NCBI GenBank assembly: GCA_017390475.1
Contig: JAFPBO010000055.1
Location: 4,133-68,132, forward strand
Source: Loktanella sp.
Lineage (GTDB): Bacteria; Pseudomonadota; Alphaproteobacteria; Rhodobacterales; Rhodobacteraceae
Direction of reading: 5' to 3'
DNA: 64,000 nt
Shown here: positions 9,516 to 18,772 of the stretch, one piece after another
Numbering within the stretch: the stretch's first letter is position 1
How the letters are laid out: each line of letters begins with the position of its first letter
Notes under the pieces: model-generated
What the model was told of the DNA's origin: nothing
Database searches by the model: none
Seen by the model: only the letters and a program-made list of their open reading frames with translations
Translations under genes and position numbers: made by a program

Positions 9516-9804
9516 TCAGAATTTCGAGACGGTCGAAGTATCTATGCGGACGTACTCGGCGTGCGTGCCGATAAACTTTAAGAAGGCCACCTCACGGCGG
9601 AAATCGAAGGCGCAGATCACGCGGAAGTCGCCCCCGGACACGCTCGGCGTTCAGCACCTTGGCCTTGGAAAAGGCTGCCTGAACATCACCGGTCGGAGTC
9701 TACACGGCTGCGGTCGCCACCCGTAGCCAGTGTTCAAGAGGGGCGCGGGCAGCAGGGTTCTTTGCCCCAAACTCTACAATCGTTCGCTTGGCAATGATCC
9801 GCAT
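9516..9804 (-). pseudogene. higB: HigB-family toxin pseudogene
   Basis: My own minus-strand translation reads MRIIAKRTIVEFGAKNPAARAPLEHWLRVATAAV*. After an in-frame TAG and at least one frameshift it continues ...GDFRVICAFDFRREVAFLKFIGTHAEYVRID.... This matches the HigB pattern (MR.I.K..L.EF....P.A...L..W ... F.GTHAEYD.ID). No intact ORF of 60 aa or more is present. Confidence 0.6.
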
Positions 9805-10488
9805 AACGTCCCTATGTTCCCAAATTGCGAAGGCAGGGAGCGGGGAAGGCTGTCAAGGACATGTTCCCATATTGGGATCACAGGCAAAACCCGGACGTTT
9901 TTGTTCCTGACCGAATCCACCGTTCTAGGCAGACAGGTTCTGGCAAGGGGTTTCGATCTGGTAGAAGTCGTTCATGACCTGTGCGGCGAATGCCGAGATC
10001 GAGCCCTCTTTACCAATCTTCTGTACCGCAGCTAACAGCGCGCGATGATAGGTCAAACCCGTCCTCAACGTTGGTTTTTTGGACCGAATGGTCCATGGCG
10101 ATAGTGTTCATCCGCACGTTTTTGAACGGAGTGCTCTGAACAGTTTCAAGAGGTCTGATCCACCCGAAAGCCAGCGGCAACTGCCCTTCAGAAGGAGCAT
10201 AGCGGAGGTTGTTAGTGCTGCGCAAAGCTAGCCTACGGCTCGGAAGAATTTTCATCAAAATGTACTTTTTGATGAAACTTGTCCGGCGAAATGCACGTGA
10301 CTGTAACTGCAGATCAGCGATCGAAAAGAGGAATGTTGTCATTGTGTAGCTCGGAAACGGGCAATCGTGCCGAAGGTGGTAAATTTCGCACCTATCGCCT
10401 GGCTCTTCCGGTCACATCGGTCTGGCAATCAATTGTCTTGCTTTGGCAAGCAATAAGAATCCTGAAAATTAACCAACTGGAGTGTAAT

Positions 10489-11154
10489 ATGAACCTGAAA
10501 TTTATTGCTGCCACGGTTGCGGCTTTTGGTGCTTCGGCCATAGCAGCGCAAGCGGGCAGCCTCTCACCTGCTGTTGAACAGGCACCTGTCGCGGTCATGC
10601 AGCCACAACCTGTGACTCAGATGCGATCAGGCGACTGGACCGGTGCCTATGGTGGTTTGAGCTTTGGCGGATCTGATATTGATGCGACCGTGAAGCCACT
10701 TAACGATCTGAAGTTGGAAGGTGACGGCAATTCGACCGGTATCTTCGCGGGCTACAACTATCAGATGGGGAACATCGTCATTGGTGGTGAATTCGATTTC
10801 GACGCAACCAACTATCGTGTCGGTGAGGATATTCTTGGCAGCGATAGCGTTTTGGTGGAATCGACCGCACGCTTGAAAGCGCGCTTGGGCGTCCCGGTCG
10901 GCAATGGATTACTCTATGGTGTGGCAGGTGTTGTCGGCGCATCAACAAACACAGTAATTCCTGACGCAAAGACGGGTCTTGGCGCAGATTTCGCCGTCGA
11001 AGACGGTGTCGGCTATTTGGTAGGTGCAGGTTATGACATGCGGATCGGTGATAACCTGCTCGCTGGCGCCGAAGTGCTGTACCATGAGTTTGACGATGAC
11101 GTATTGAACGTCGAAGTCACCACATTTCGTCTGCGCGTCGGCTATCGTTTCTGA
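10489..11154 (+). CDS. outer-membrane beta-barrel protein (Omp25/OmpA-like 8-strand family)
   Basis: Signal peptide MNLKFIAATVAAFGASAIAAQA, alternating beta pattern, C-terminal RLRVGYRF. The start was moved from 10279 to ATG 10489 at the signal peptide. Confidence 0.8.
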   Translation: MNLKFIAATVAAFGASAIAAQAGSLSPAVEQAPVAVMQPQPVTQMRSGDWTGAYGGLSFGGSDIDATVKPLNDLKLEGDGNSTGIFAGYNYQMGNIVIGGEFDFDATNYRVGEDILGSDSVLVESTARLKARLGVPVGNGLLYGVAGVVGASTNTVIPDAKTGLGADFAVEDGVGYLVGAGYDMRIGDNLLAGAEVLYHEFDDDVLNVEVTTFRLRVGYRF

Positions 11155-11178
11155 CTTTCGCTGAATAAACATAAGATC

Positions 11179-11208
11179 GGCGCGGGATGCTCCCGCGCCC
11201 TTTTTATT
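11179..11208 (+). terminator. Rho-independent terminator
   Basis: Perfect 9-bp stem ggcgcggga/tcccgcgcc with the 3-nt loop tgc, followed by c-ttttt-a-ttt. It lies 25 nt after the OMP stop codon. Confidence 0.7.
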
Positions 11209-11287
11209 TGTTGCCCTGACACTGACTGGCGTCGCTTAGAAGTGGTTTGCAAGGACGCAGGCCGTGCTTTTTCGAGAAAAACCGATT

Positions 11288-11743
11288 TCATCCGACATCA
11301 AGGGCCTTCGTTGCGCGATCGAGTGCGGTGTAAAGCGCATTTGTGGTTTCAGAGCCAAGGGCAGCAGTAATCGTCGTATGCGCCTCTTTCCAGTGGGGCA
11401 GAGCGGCTGCAAGGCGGGTTTTGCCAGTGTCAGTTAGGCTAACGATACGTACCCGCCGGTCAGCTAGCGCGCGCGCAACGGTGACCAGACCGCCGCGTTC
11501 CAGCACCGATAGGTTGCGCGTCAAAGTGGACAATTCCAACCCCAGAGTTTCACCCAGCTTTGCAACAGGTTGCATGCTGTTCTGCCCCAGCGCGATGGCA
11601 TTCATCAAGGTAATCTGCGTCGCCTTCAACCCAGTGGGGTGCAGTGCTGCATCATAGGCGCGGGTGATCGCACGGGCCGTGCGTCTGGCGCGAAAGCACA
11701 GGCAGTCGGCAGCCATAATCTGCGCGGCATCAATATGGTTCAT
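11288..11743 (-). CDS. MarR-family transcriptional regulator
   Basis: CLCFRARRTARAITRAYDAAL...GLKATQITLMNAIAL...LGETLGLELSTLTRNLSVLERGGLV...DRRVRIVSLTDTGK is a canonical MarR wHTH. ATG 11743 is preferred over 11773. Confidence 0.85.
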   Translation of the reverse strand: MNHIDAAQIMAADCLCFRARRTARAITRAYDAALHPTGLKATQITLMNAIALGQNSMQPVAKLGETLGLELSTLTRNLSVLERGGLVTVARALADRRVRIVSLTDTGKTRLAAALPHWKEAHTTITAALGSETTNALYTALDRATKALDVG

Positions 11744-11999
11744 CGTTATCCTCGTCACTGCGACAAGCAGCATGCTTCTGGGCTGCCCGTTAAAATACTT
11801 GTATATACAAATATATCTTGCTACACAATTTGTCGAAACGATTCCAATAGGTGAAAGTGATGCCTAGGCCCGCGACATTTGCGCACGTTCAAGTGCAGGT
11901 TGTTCGAGCGCTGTGTTGGTGCCGACCAGATGTCATGTTTCACCACTTCAGACTGATACCCCTCACGGCGACCAAGCCCGCTCAGACAAGGAGAGAAAG

Positions 12000-12713
12000 A
12001 TGACCTATATCCAAGGCTTTGTCGTCGCCGTCCCGACTGGCAACCGCGACAGGTTCCGCACCCATGCAGACACAGCGATGGAGGGATTTCGTGCCTATGG
12101 CATGCAGCACGCCGCTGAATGCTGGGGCGATGATGTGCCAGAAGGCAAACTGACGTCCTTTCCAATGGCTGTGCAGGCGCAGCCGGACGAAACGGTGGTT
12201 TTCGCGTGGTATCTCTGGCCAAGCAAAGCTGTTCATGACGCCGCCATGAGAGACAGCGTCAATGATCCGCGCCTGAGCATGGACGCGAACCCGATGCCTT
12301 TTGACGGCAAGCGCGTCATATATGGCGGCTTTGAACCCGTATTGGAACTGGGGTCACGCCAGCCCGGCGGCTATTTCGATGGTTTTATCTGTGCCGTACC
12401 GAAGGACGCGCGCGCGGCGTTTCGTAGCTTTGCGGATAAGGTTGATCCGATCTTTCTGCAATATGGTGCAACATGGATCATGGAGAACCTGGGCGTCGAT
12501 GTGCCAGAGGGTACCATAACTGATTTCCGCCGCGCCGTGCAGGCTAGGTCCGATGAAGATGTCATGTTCAGTTGGACACAATGGCCTGACAAAGCCACCC
12601 GCGACGCAGGATCACGCCGGATGATGGAGGACCCGCGCTTTGCTGATATGCAGATGCCATTTGACGGAAGCCGCATGATTTTTGGCGGATTTGCACCACT
12701 GGTCGAGCGGTAG
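12000..12713 (+). CDS. tandem-duplicated DUF1428 protein
   Basis: Two DUF1428-like modules in one ORF. Module 1: YIQGFVVAVP...ECWGDDVPEGKLTSFPMAVQAQPDETVVFAWYLWPSKAVHDAA...MPFDGKRVIYGGFEPV. Module 2: YFDGFICAVP...ENLGVDVPEGTITDFRRAVQARSDEDVMFSWTQWPDKATRDAG...MPFDGSRMIFGGFAPL. ATG 12000 is preceded by aaggagag. Confidence 0.75.
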   Translation: MTYIQGFVVAVPTGNRDRFRTHADTAMEGFRAYGMQHAAECWGDDVPEGKLTSFPMAVQAQPDETVVFAWYLWPSKAVHDAAMRDSVNDPRLSMDANPMPFDGKRVIYGGFEPVLELGSRQPGGYFDGFICAVPKDARAAFRSFADKVDPIFLQYGATWIMENLGVDVPEGTITDFRRAVQARSDEDVMFSWTQWPDKATRDAGSRRMMEDPRFADMQMPFDGSRMIFGGFAPLVER

Positions 12714-12846
12714 AAAATCATGGGTGTGCTGCCCGGTAAGGCCGCAGTTAACGATGTGATGAGGACATGCAAAACAGGTCAGAACCGAGGTGCTTTCATC
12801 TCAGTTGCGGCGATGGTCATTCAATTCCGGTGAAGTTTAATGGGTG

Positions 12847-15243
12847 TTAAGAAGAATTACCCCCCGTCGGTCCGTCGTCACCGTCGGAATCCGGCACATC
12901 ATCCGCTTCTATTGCCTGACTGAGCGTGCGGTCTGGTTTGCTGCTATCCCTTGTATTCGTGTCCATCATCCGGATCGGCTGCGTACTGCCGTCCTTGGCC
13001 TCACCGAGCCAGATCGTCTGCTGCGGGAACGGGATTTCAATACCGCGCTCGTCAAAGACTTTTTTGAGATATCCGTTATAGACACGGCCAGTGCCCCATT
13101 GCTTGCCTGGAACTGTCTTGATCCGCGCGCGCAGAACGACGGCGCTGTCGCCAAAGCTGTTGAGGCCGAACCATTCCAGTTCCCCCATGATGGCCGCTGC
13201 GGTGTCCGGCTCTTTTTCAGTCATCATGGCAAAGGCATCGAACATGGCCTGTTTTGCCTCGTCGACGTCTTCGCGATAGGCGATCCCCATATCGCAGACG
13301 AAGTAAGAAAAATCGCGCATATAGTTACTAACCATGTCCACGGATGAAAACGGTATCATGTGGAATGTACCCTGTACGTCGCGCAGAGAAACAGAGCGCA
13401 CGGACAGTTTCTCTACCGTGCCGGTCGTCCCGCCAACGGTGATGACATCGCCCACGTTGATGGCGTTCTCAAACTGAATAAAGATACCGGTAATGATGTC
13501 CTGCACCATCTTCTGCGCGCCGAAACCAATCGCCAAACCCAGCACACCAGCCGAGGCGAGCAGCGGCCCGATGTTCAGGCCAATCTCGCTCAGTACGAAC
13601 ATCAGCGTTATGACGCTCAGCGCGATGGTTGCCGCATTACGCAAAAGAGTCAGTAGGGTGGTTTCGCGCGACGTTGCGATTGCACCATAATCAGGGTTGA
13701 GTTTGTAATCGACGAAAGATGTCAGACCAAGCCAGATTGCGAAAGCCACAATCAGTATCATCGACACCGAAATAATCGCCGCAGTGACTGCCAACCCGAC
13801 CTGACTTTCTAGCCAACCGCGCATATCGATCATACCGGTAACATCAAGCGTGAACAGCAGCACGCAGGCCAGCAGGAAAAGCCGCATCAGGCCAAAGGCG
13901 CGCGGCACGAAAGTGTTGATCCGTCGTTCCAGAAGCGGCAGCTTGGCATTCACGTCTTTGGGCAGGGAAATGCCGCGGCGGATCGCTGTTGCTAGCCAGC
14001 GCGAAACCAGCGTCGCGACGACGACCGCAATCAGGATCTGTCCCGAACCCTTCAGCGCGTTCAGCGTTGTTTCGGCCGGTCGCGTCATCACCACGATGAA
14101 CATTACCGCCAGATAGGTCAGCGCAAACCAGTGCCAGATCGACGCCAACCCGTGAAGCAGTTTGCTGGCGGGACCGCGGCGCGGTTCGACAATTGTGCCA
14201 TCCACCGGATCTGTGATCAGGGGAGGCGCAGCCTCGTTCTGGAACCAATTTGCCACCTCCTTGCTGTGTCGCAGGACAACATAGACGGCATAGAGCAGTG
14301 CGAAAACGGCGATCAGCGCTGACACACTGCTCCCCGCGGTCGGCGATGCGCTTTGGTTGACGATTGGCACGATCAACAACTGTCCGTAACCTAGGACGCT
14401 AACGATAATGCTGAAATATCGTGTCATCGCCACTGCGGCATAGTCACTGACCGGGGCGATACGCAGCCCTGACGCGATCGGCGATAGGAAGGACCTGATC
14501 ACAACCTTGGTCATCTCGACCAAAAGGAAGGCATTAAGGTACATGGATTGCCGGATGCCGATTTGCCCGAATTCGCCGATTGCAAGAATGGCAATCACAT
14601 AACCCGCTGCCCAGGCAAAGATCACAATCAGTGCATCCGTCACATTTGACCCGGCGAATAAGGCGAAGGACCTGATGGCCCCCGCATTCTCGGCACTGCG
14701 ACCCATGCGGGCGTAAAGCCCTTTGGCAAAATATCGCAAGACCATGAAGATCGCGACCGTGATCGCGATGACCGTTAGCAGACCGGGTATAGCATTCAGC
14801 AATATCTGCAGATCAGCGCTGCCGAACCCGGAAAACACACTACCGCCGGTGGTGAGCGAGCGCCAGAATTCGGACAGCGTCATCACTGTTTCCTCGCCGA
14901 TACTTTGCGTGACCAATGCAACCCGACGCCCGATTGAAACAGTTTCTTCAGTCTCGGTTCCCATGATCGTATCTTGGGTTACCAGTGGCTCTTCAGGTGT
15001 CAGCGTCTGCTCGAGTTCCGCGATAAGCTCCGCGCGGGCTTGGTCGTCTTTGAGGATTTCTAAAAGTGTCGCAAGCGGCGTCGCCGGATCGGCTTGGGTC
15101 TCGCTGGACCTGGGTTCGTTGCCGGTTAACCCTGTCTGCGCCTGTGCCGACTGAAAAGTAGGCACCACGGCAAGTATGACAAAAGCCATAGTGATCGCAA
15201 CGAACTTAGAGTTGGATAAAATCGTCCTAAAAGTTTTCAACAT
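12847..15243 (-). CDS. large mechanosensitive ion channel (MscS-domain, MscK/MscM-like)
   Basis: Signal peptide plus a periplasmic region, many TM helices and the canonical MscS core LGLAIGFGAQKMVQDIITGIFIQFENAINVGDVITVGGTTGTVEKLSVRSVSLRD. The start was moved to ATG 15243 (MLKTFRTIL). Confidence 0.85.
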   Translation of the reverse strand: MLKTFRTILSNSKFVAITMAFVILAVVPTFQSAQAQTGLTGNEPRSSETQADPATPLATLLEILKDDQARAELIAELEQTLTPEEPLVTQDTIMGTETEETVSIGRRVALVTQSIGEETVMTLSEFWRSLTTGGSVFSGFGSADLQILLNAIPGLLTVIAITVAIFMVLRYFAKGLYARMGRSAENAGAIRSFALFAGSNVTDALIVIFAWAAGYVIAILAIGEFGQIGIRQSMYLNAFLLVEMTKVVIRSFLSPIASGLRIAPVSDYAAVAMTRYFSIIVSVLGYGQLLIVPIVNQSASPTAGSSVSALIAVFALLYAVYVVLRHSKEVANWFQNEAAPPLITDPVDGTIVEPRRGPASKLLHGLASIWHWFALTYLAVMFIVVMTRPAETTLNALKGSGQILIAVVVATLVSRWLATAIRRGISLPKDVNAKLPLLERRINTFVPRAFGLMRLFLLACVLLFTLDVTGMIDMRGWLESQVGLAVTAAIISVSMILIVAFAIWLGLTSFVDYKLNPDYGAIATSRETTLLTLLRNAATIALSVITLMFVLSEIGLNIGPLLASAGVLGLAIGFGAQKMVQDIITGIFIQFENAINVGDVITVGGTTGTVEKLSVRSVSLRDVQGTFHMIPFSSVDMVSNYMRDFSYFVCDMGIAYREDVDEAKQAMFDAFAMMTEKEPDTAAAIMGELEWFGLNSFGDSAVVLRARIKTVPGKQWGTGRVYNGYLKKVFDERGIEIPFPQQTIWLGEAKDGSTQPIRMMDTNTRDSSKPDRTLSQAIEADDVPDSDGDDGPTGGNSS

Positions 15244-15626
15244 AATCACTCTCTTCTGTCTACTCGGCCTTTGGTCAGTCCCCACAAACCTTAAAGAATA
15301 CGGCGACCGATGAAAAGTCAGCCACAAAAGGCCCCGCAGATCATGGGTTGCTGAGGTTCGGGATTCCCGCCTGGGGTGAGTTCTGAGTGACGGATGCAAA
15401 CAAAAGAGCGCAACCTTGACCCGACGCCCACTGGACGATCATCGAACGATTTCACCTTTGCAGGCATGCCGACGCCAGCCAGACCGCGCACCAAGCGTCT
15501 CAGCGTGCGCTTAGAGCTGCATGAACTTGTCGTTGTAGTAATCGCACGAAGGATGGTCGCAATTGCCAACGCGATTGTAAAAGCCGGCAAAACTTTGCCG
15601 TTTCAACACGGTGGATGACACAGTTG

Positions 15627-16994
15627 CTAATTGGCTGTCCGTGAAACGCAGCCTTCGCCGATTGTGCCACTGGCCAGCGCATGGTTAACGCCGCCCATCA
15701 GATGCCTAGCCAGCACAGCACGCGCGGCCCCGGCATCGCGTGCCATCGCCGCGTCCAGCAGATCGTGATGTTCGCGGGACGCCACATCGCCGCGAAACGA
15801 AAGCGCGATCATCTGATAGCGCAGATATTTATCGAAATTGGCGCCGTGGAACTGGCGAAGGACTTGCGAACCACAGGCGCTGATCAGCGCCTGATGGAAT
15901 TCCCAGTCAAATCGTTTCCAGTCCTGCATAGCGCTTTTGTCACCACCGCTAATCCGCTCTTCCATCCGCGCCAGCCGATGATAGGCGGCCATGACGCGCG
16001 CTTCCCATTCAACATCGCCACGGGTGAATGAGTCTTTCAGCGCTTGCCCTTCGATCAGCAGGCGTAGTTCAGCCAATTCGCGCAGATTGGCAGGTGAGAT
16101 CGGAGCAACCTCGAAGCCGCGCTGCCCTTCGGCGATGACTAGATCTTCGGTAGCAAGCCGGTTCAGAACCTCGCGCAATGTACTCACGGATGCGCCGTAT
16201 CTTGTGCGCAGACCGTCAAGCCTCAGCTTTTGCATGGGGGCGAGCGTACCGTTTAGAATGTCGCTTCGCACGCGTCGCCAGATCATGCCGGATACGGTCT
16301 CCTCAACCGGATCGCTACGGTCGCTGGCGTTGGGATAACTGCTTTCCAGCTTATTGCTACTGGCTGTGCTTTTGACGCAGGCTGAAATATGCTTTGACAG
16401 TACTGCACAGGCATGGTCGGCATCGCGCTCTAGAGCTGCATCCCGCAAGGCGAGATGTTCATCGGCTGCAGGCTGCCCCCGAAAAATTACTGCGATGATC
16501 TGATAGCGAAGGTAGCGGTCGAACACTGCGGAATGCGCGTCAAGCAATTCCTTTGAACCACAATCGGACATCAGCGCATGGTGGAATTCCTTGTCGCAAT
16601 GTTTCCAGAGGGTGGAATTCTGGGCCTCGCCATTCTGCATCTGTCGTTCCGTGACGCTCAGCATGTGATGGGCGCCGACGACACGCCCTTCCCAGGCCAG
16701 ATCGCCGTTTTCGAATGCGCGCCGCAGGGCATGGGTTTCCAGCAATTCGCGCAGCTCCGCCAGGTTTTCAAATTCCTGCTGGGATACCGGCGTCACTGCA
16801 AAGCCTTTTTGTCCTTCTGAGATGACAAGACCTTCGCCGGTCAGCCGGTTCAGGGTTTCCCTGATTGTGCTGACACTGGCACCATACGTTTCGCGCAGGT
16901 GTTCAAGCCGCAGTTTGGTACGCGGCGCAAGTCGTCCCTGGATGACATCGTGCCGAATCGTCCGATAGGCATGTTCGCTGGCAGTATCGATCAT
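15627..16994 (-). CDS. GntR/FCD-family regulator with two complete wHTH+FCD modules in one polypeptide
   Basis: Module 1 carries ...LRLEHLRETYGASVSTIRETLNRLTGEGLVISEGQKGFAVTPVS... and FHHALMSDCGSKELL. Module 2 carries ...LRLDGLRTRYGASVSTLREVLNRLATEDLVIAEGQRGFEVAPIS... and FHQALISACGSQVL. They are joined by the linker STASSNKLESSYPNASDRSDPVEE. Start taken at ATG 16994. Confidence 0.8.
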   Translation of the reverse strand: MIDTASEHAYRTIRHDVIQGRLAPRTKLRLEHLRETYGASVSTIRETLNRLTGEGLVISEGQKGFAVTPVSQQEFENLAELRELLETHALRRAFENGDLAWEGRVVGAHHMLSVTERQMQNGEAQNSTLWKHCDKEFHHALMSDCGSKELLDAHSAVFDRYLRYQIIAVIFRGQPAADEHLALRDAALERDADHACAVLSKHISACVKSTASSNKLESSYPNASDRSDPVEETVSGMIWRRVRSDILNGTLAPMQKLRLDGLRTRYGASVSTLREVLNRLATEDLVIAEGQRGFEVAPISPANLRELAELRLLIEGQALKDSFTRGDVEWEARVMAAYHRLARMEERISGGDKSAMQDWKRFDWEFHQALISACGSQVLRQFHGANFDKYLRYQMIALSFRGDVASREHHDLLDAAMARDAGAARAVLARHLMGGVNHALASGTIGEGCVSRTAN

Positions 16995-17062
16995 CGGGAT
17001 CCTGATTTTAGGTGCATGTACTTGTCTCATGCAGTTTATGATCAGACAACCATCAAGAATAA

Positions 17063-17084
17063 ATGATATTTTTATAAATATCAT
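17063..17084. promoter_or_regulatory. 22-bp palindrome in the divergent GntR/dctP promoter region (candidate operator)
   Basis: atgatattt-ttat-aaatatcat: perfect 9-bp inverted arms with a 4-nt spacer in an AT-rich stretch. A direct repeat gatttgt-gatttgt follows at 17107-17120. Confidence 0.3.
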
Positions 17085-17192
17085 ATGAAAGTCAAAATAG
17101 CAGGTTGATTTGTGATTTGTAGGATTTAAGGTGACGGTCGTTGATGGGTTATTATTTGACCCGCATCAGGGATGGAAATCAGGGAGGATACC

Positions 17193-18188
17193 ATGAAACT
17201 TAACGTCTCAAGACGGGCAATTATGCTGGCTGGCGCTGTGGCGCTGTCGGTTGGAAGCCTGCAAATTGGCGCGGCAAACGCACAAGATAACCCAGTTCTG
17301 CGGTTCTCTGCCGTCTTTTCGGATCAGGACATCCGCGCAAGGATGATGGAACGCTTTACCGAAAGCGTTGCCGATCTGGTGACGATGGAAATGCATTATG
17401 GCGGCACATTGTTCAGCCAGGGCACTGAATTGGTGGCGCTGCAACGCGGCAACCTGGAGATGGGCAACATCGCGCCGCAAGACATTGCCAATCAGGTGCC
17501 AGCATGGTCGATCCTGACTTCGGCATACCTGTTCCGCGATCCAGCGCATTTGCAAACATTCTTTGACTCGGAGGCTGGGACCGAGATGAAGGCAATGGCC
17601 GAAAATCAACTGGGCATCAAGATTCTGGGGCCAACCTATTTCGGGTCACGCCATCTGGGTCTGCGCCCAGATCAGCGGATCGAGACTCCGGCGGATCTGG
17701 CGGGCATTCGTTTGCGCATGCCACCGGGTGAGTCCTGGCAGTTCCTGGGTGAATCCATCGGTGCAAACCCGACATCCATGGCCTATGCCGAGGTTTACAC
17801 CGGACTTCAGACAGGCGCGATTGACGGGCAGGACAACCCTCTGCCCAATGTGCAGAACATGAAGTTCTACGAAGTCATGTCGCAAATTGCGCTGACATCG
17901 CACCTGGTGGCTTTCGATCTGCTGACCATCTCATCCTCAGCATGGGAGGCGATGAGCGAAGAAGAACAATCAGCATTTCAGGCTGCAGCAGATGAAGCGA
18001 TGGTTTGGTCTGCCGAACAGCACGTGCAAAGTGAAGCTGAACTTGCTGCGTATTTCGAAGAGCAGGGTCTGGAAGTTTACACGCCTGATGTCGATGCGTT
18101 CCGCGAGTTCGCGCAGGAGAAATACCTGAACTCGCCGTTGTCGGATAGCTGGCCCGAAGGGATGGTCGAGCGTATCAACGCTCTTTGA
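17193..18188 (+). CDS. dctP: TRAP transporter substrate-binding protein (DctP family)
   Basis: Signal peptide MKLNVSRRAIMLAGAVALSVGSLQIGAANA and DctP-family body. RBS agggagg lies at 17181-17187. Confidence 0.9.
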   Translation: MKLNVSRRAIMLAGAVALSVGSLQIGAANAQDNPVLRFSAVFSDQDIRARMMERFTESVADLVTMEMHYGGTLFSQGTELVALQRGNLEMGNIAPQDIANQVPAWSILTSAYLFRDPAHLQTFFDSEAGTEMKAMAENQLGIKILGPTYFGSRHLGLRPDQRIETPADLAGIRLRMPPGESWQFLGESIGANPTSMAYAEVYTGLQTGAIDGQDNPLPNVQNMKFYEVMSQIALTSHLVAFDLLTISSSAWEAMSEEEQSAFQAAADEAMVWSAEQHVQSEAELAAYFEEQGLEVYTPDVDAFREFAQEKYLNSPLSDSWPEGMVERINAL

Positions 18189-18254
18189 CCTCAGCTGAAC
18201 AATGGCCGGCCATAACGGCCGGTCATTTCCCTATCGCAAGTGGAGGTCACGCCC

Positions 18255-18770
18255 ATGATAGCGACTGCGCGTAAAATGTTCCGCTTCCTCGCTCTCGCGG
18301 CCGAAGCCGTCGCCGCACTGATGCTCGCGGTCATGTTCTTGTCGTTTTTGGTGACGATCTTGTTCAGATATGTCCTCAACTGGCCGTCAGGATGGGCGTC
18401 AGAGCTTAGTTCCGTCATGTGGGTATGGCTCGTGCTTTGGGGTGCGGCCTTCGTTCTGCGCGAAAGCGAGGAAATCCGCTTTGACATCATCTATGGGTCC
18501 GCACCACCCGCCGTGCGCCGGATTTTCACAATCATCATTGCGATAGGCGTCATAGTATTGTTTGCACTCTCGTTGCCCGCAGTCTGGGACTACGTGACCT
18601 TCATGAAAGTGCAAAGCACCTCTTATCTCAAAATCCGTTATGACTGGCTTTATTCCATCTATGTCGCTTTCGCGGTTGCCATAATCATCCGCTATCTGTG
18701 GTTGGCTGGACACGCTGCGCGGGATGCATTTTCTGACACCCCCCCCACTACATCCGACAAGGAGGTCTGA
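18255..18770 (+). CDS. dctQ: TRAP transporter small permease (DctQ family)
   Basis: About 170 aa with four TM helices, located between the DctP and DctM genes. ATG 18255 is preceded by ggagg. Confidence 0.85.
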   Translation: MIATARKMFRFLALAAEAVAALMLAVMFLSFLVTILFRYVLNWPSGWASELSSVMWVWLVLWGAAFVLRESEEIRFDIIYGSAPPAVRRIFTIIIAIGVIVLFALSLPAVWDYVTFMKVQSTSYLKIRYDWLYSIYVAFAVAIIIRYLWLAGHAARDAFSDTPPTTSDKEV

Positions 18771-18772
18771 TA

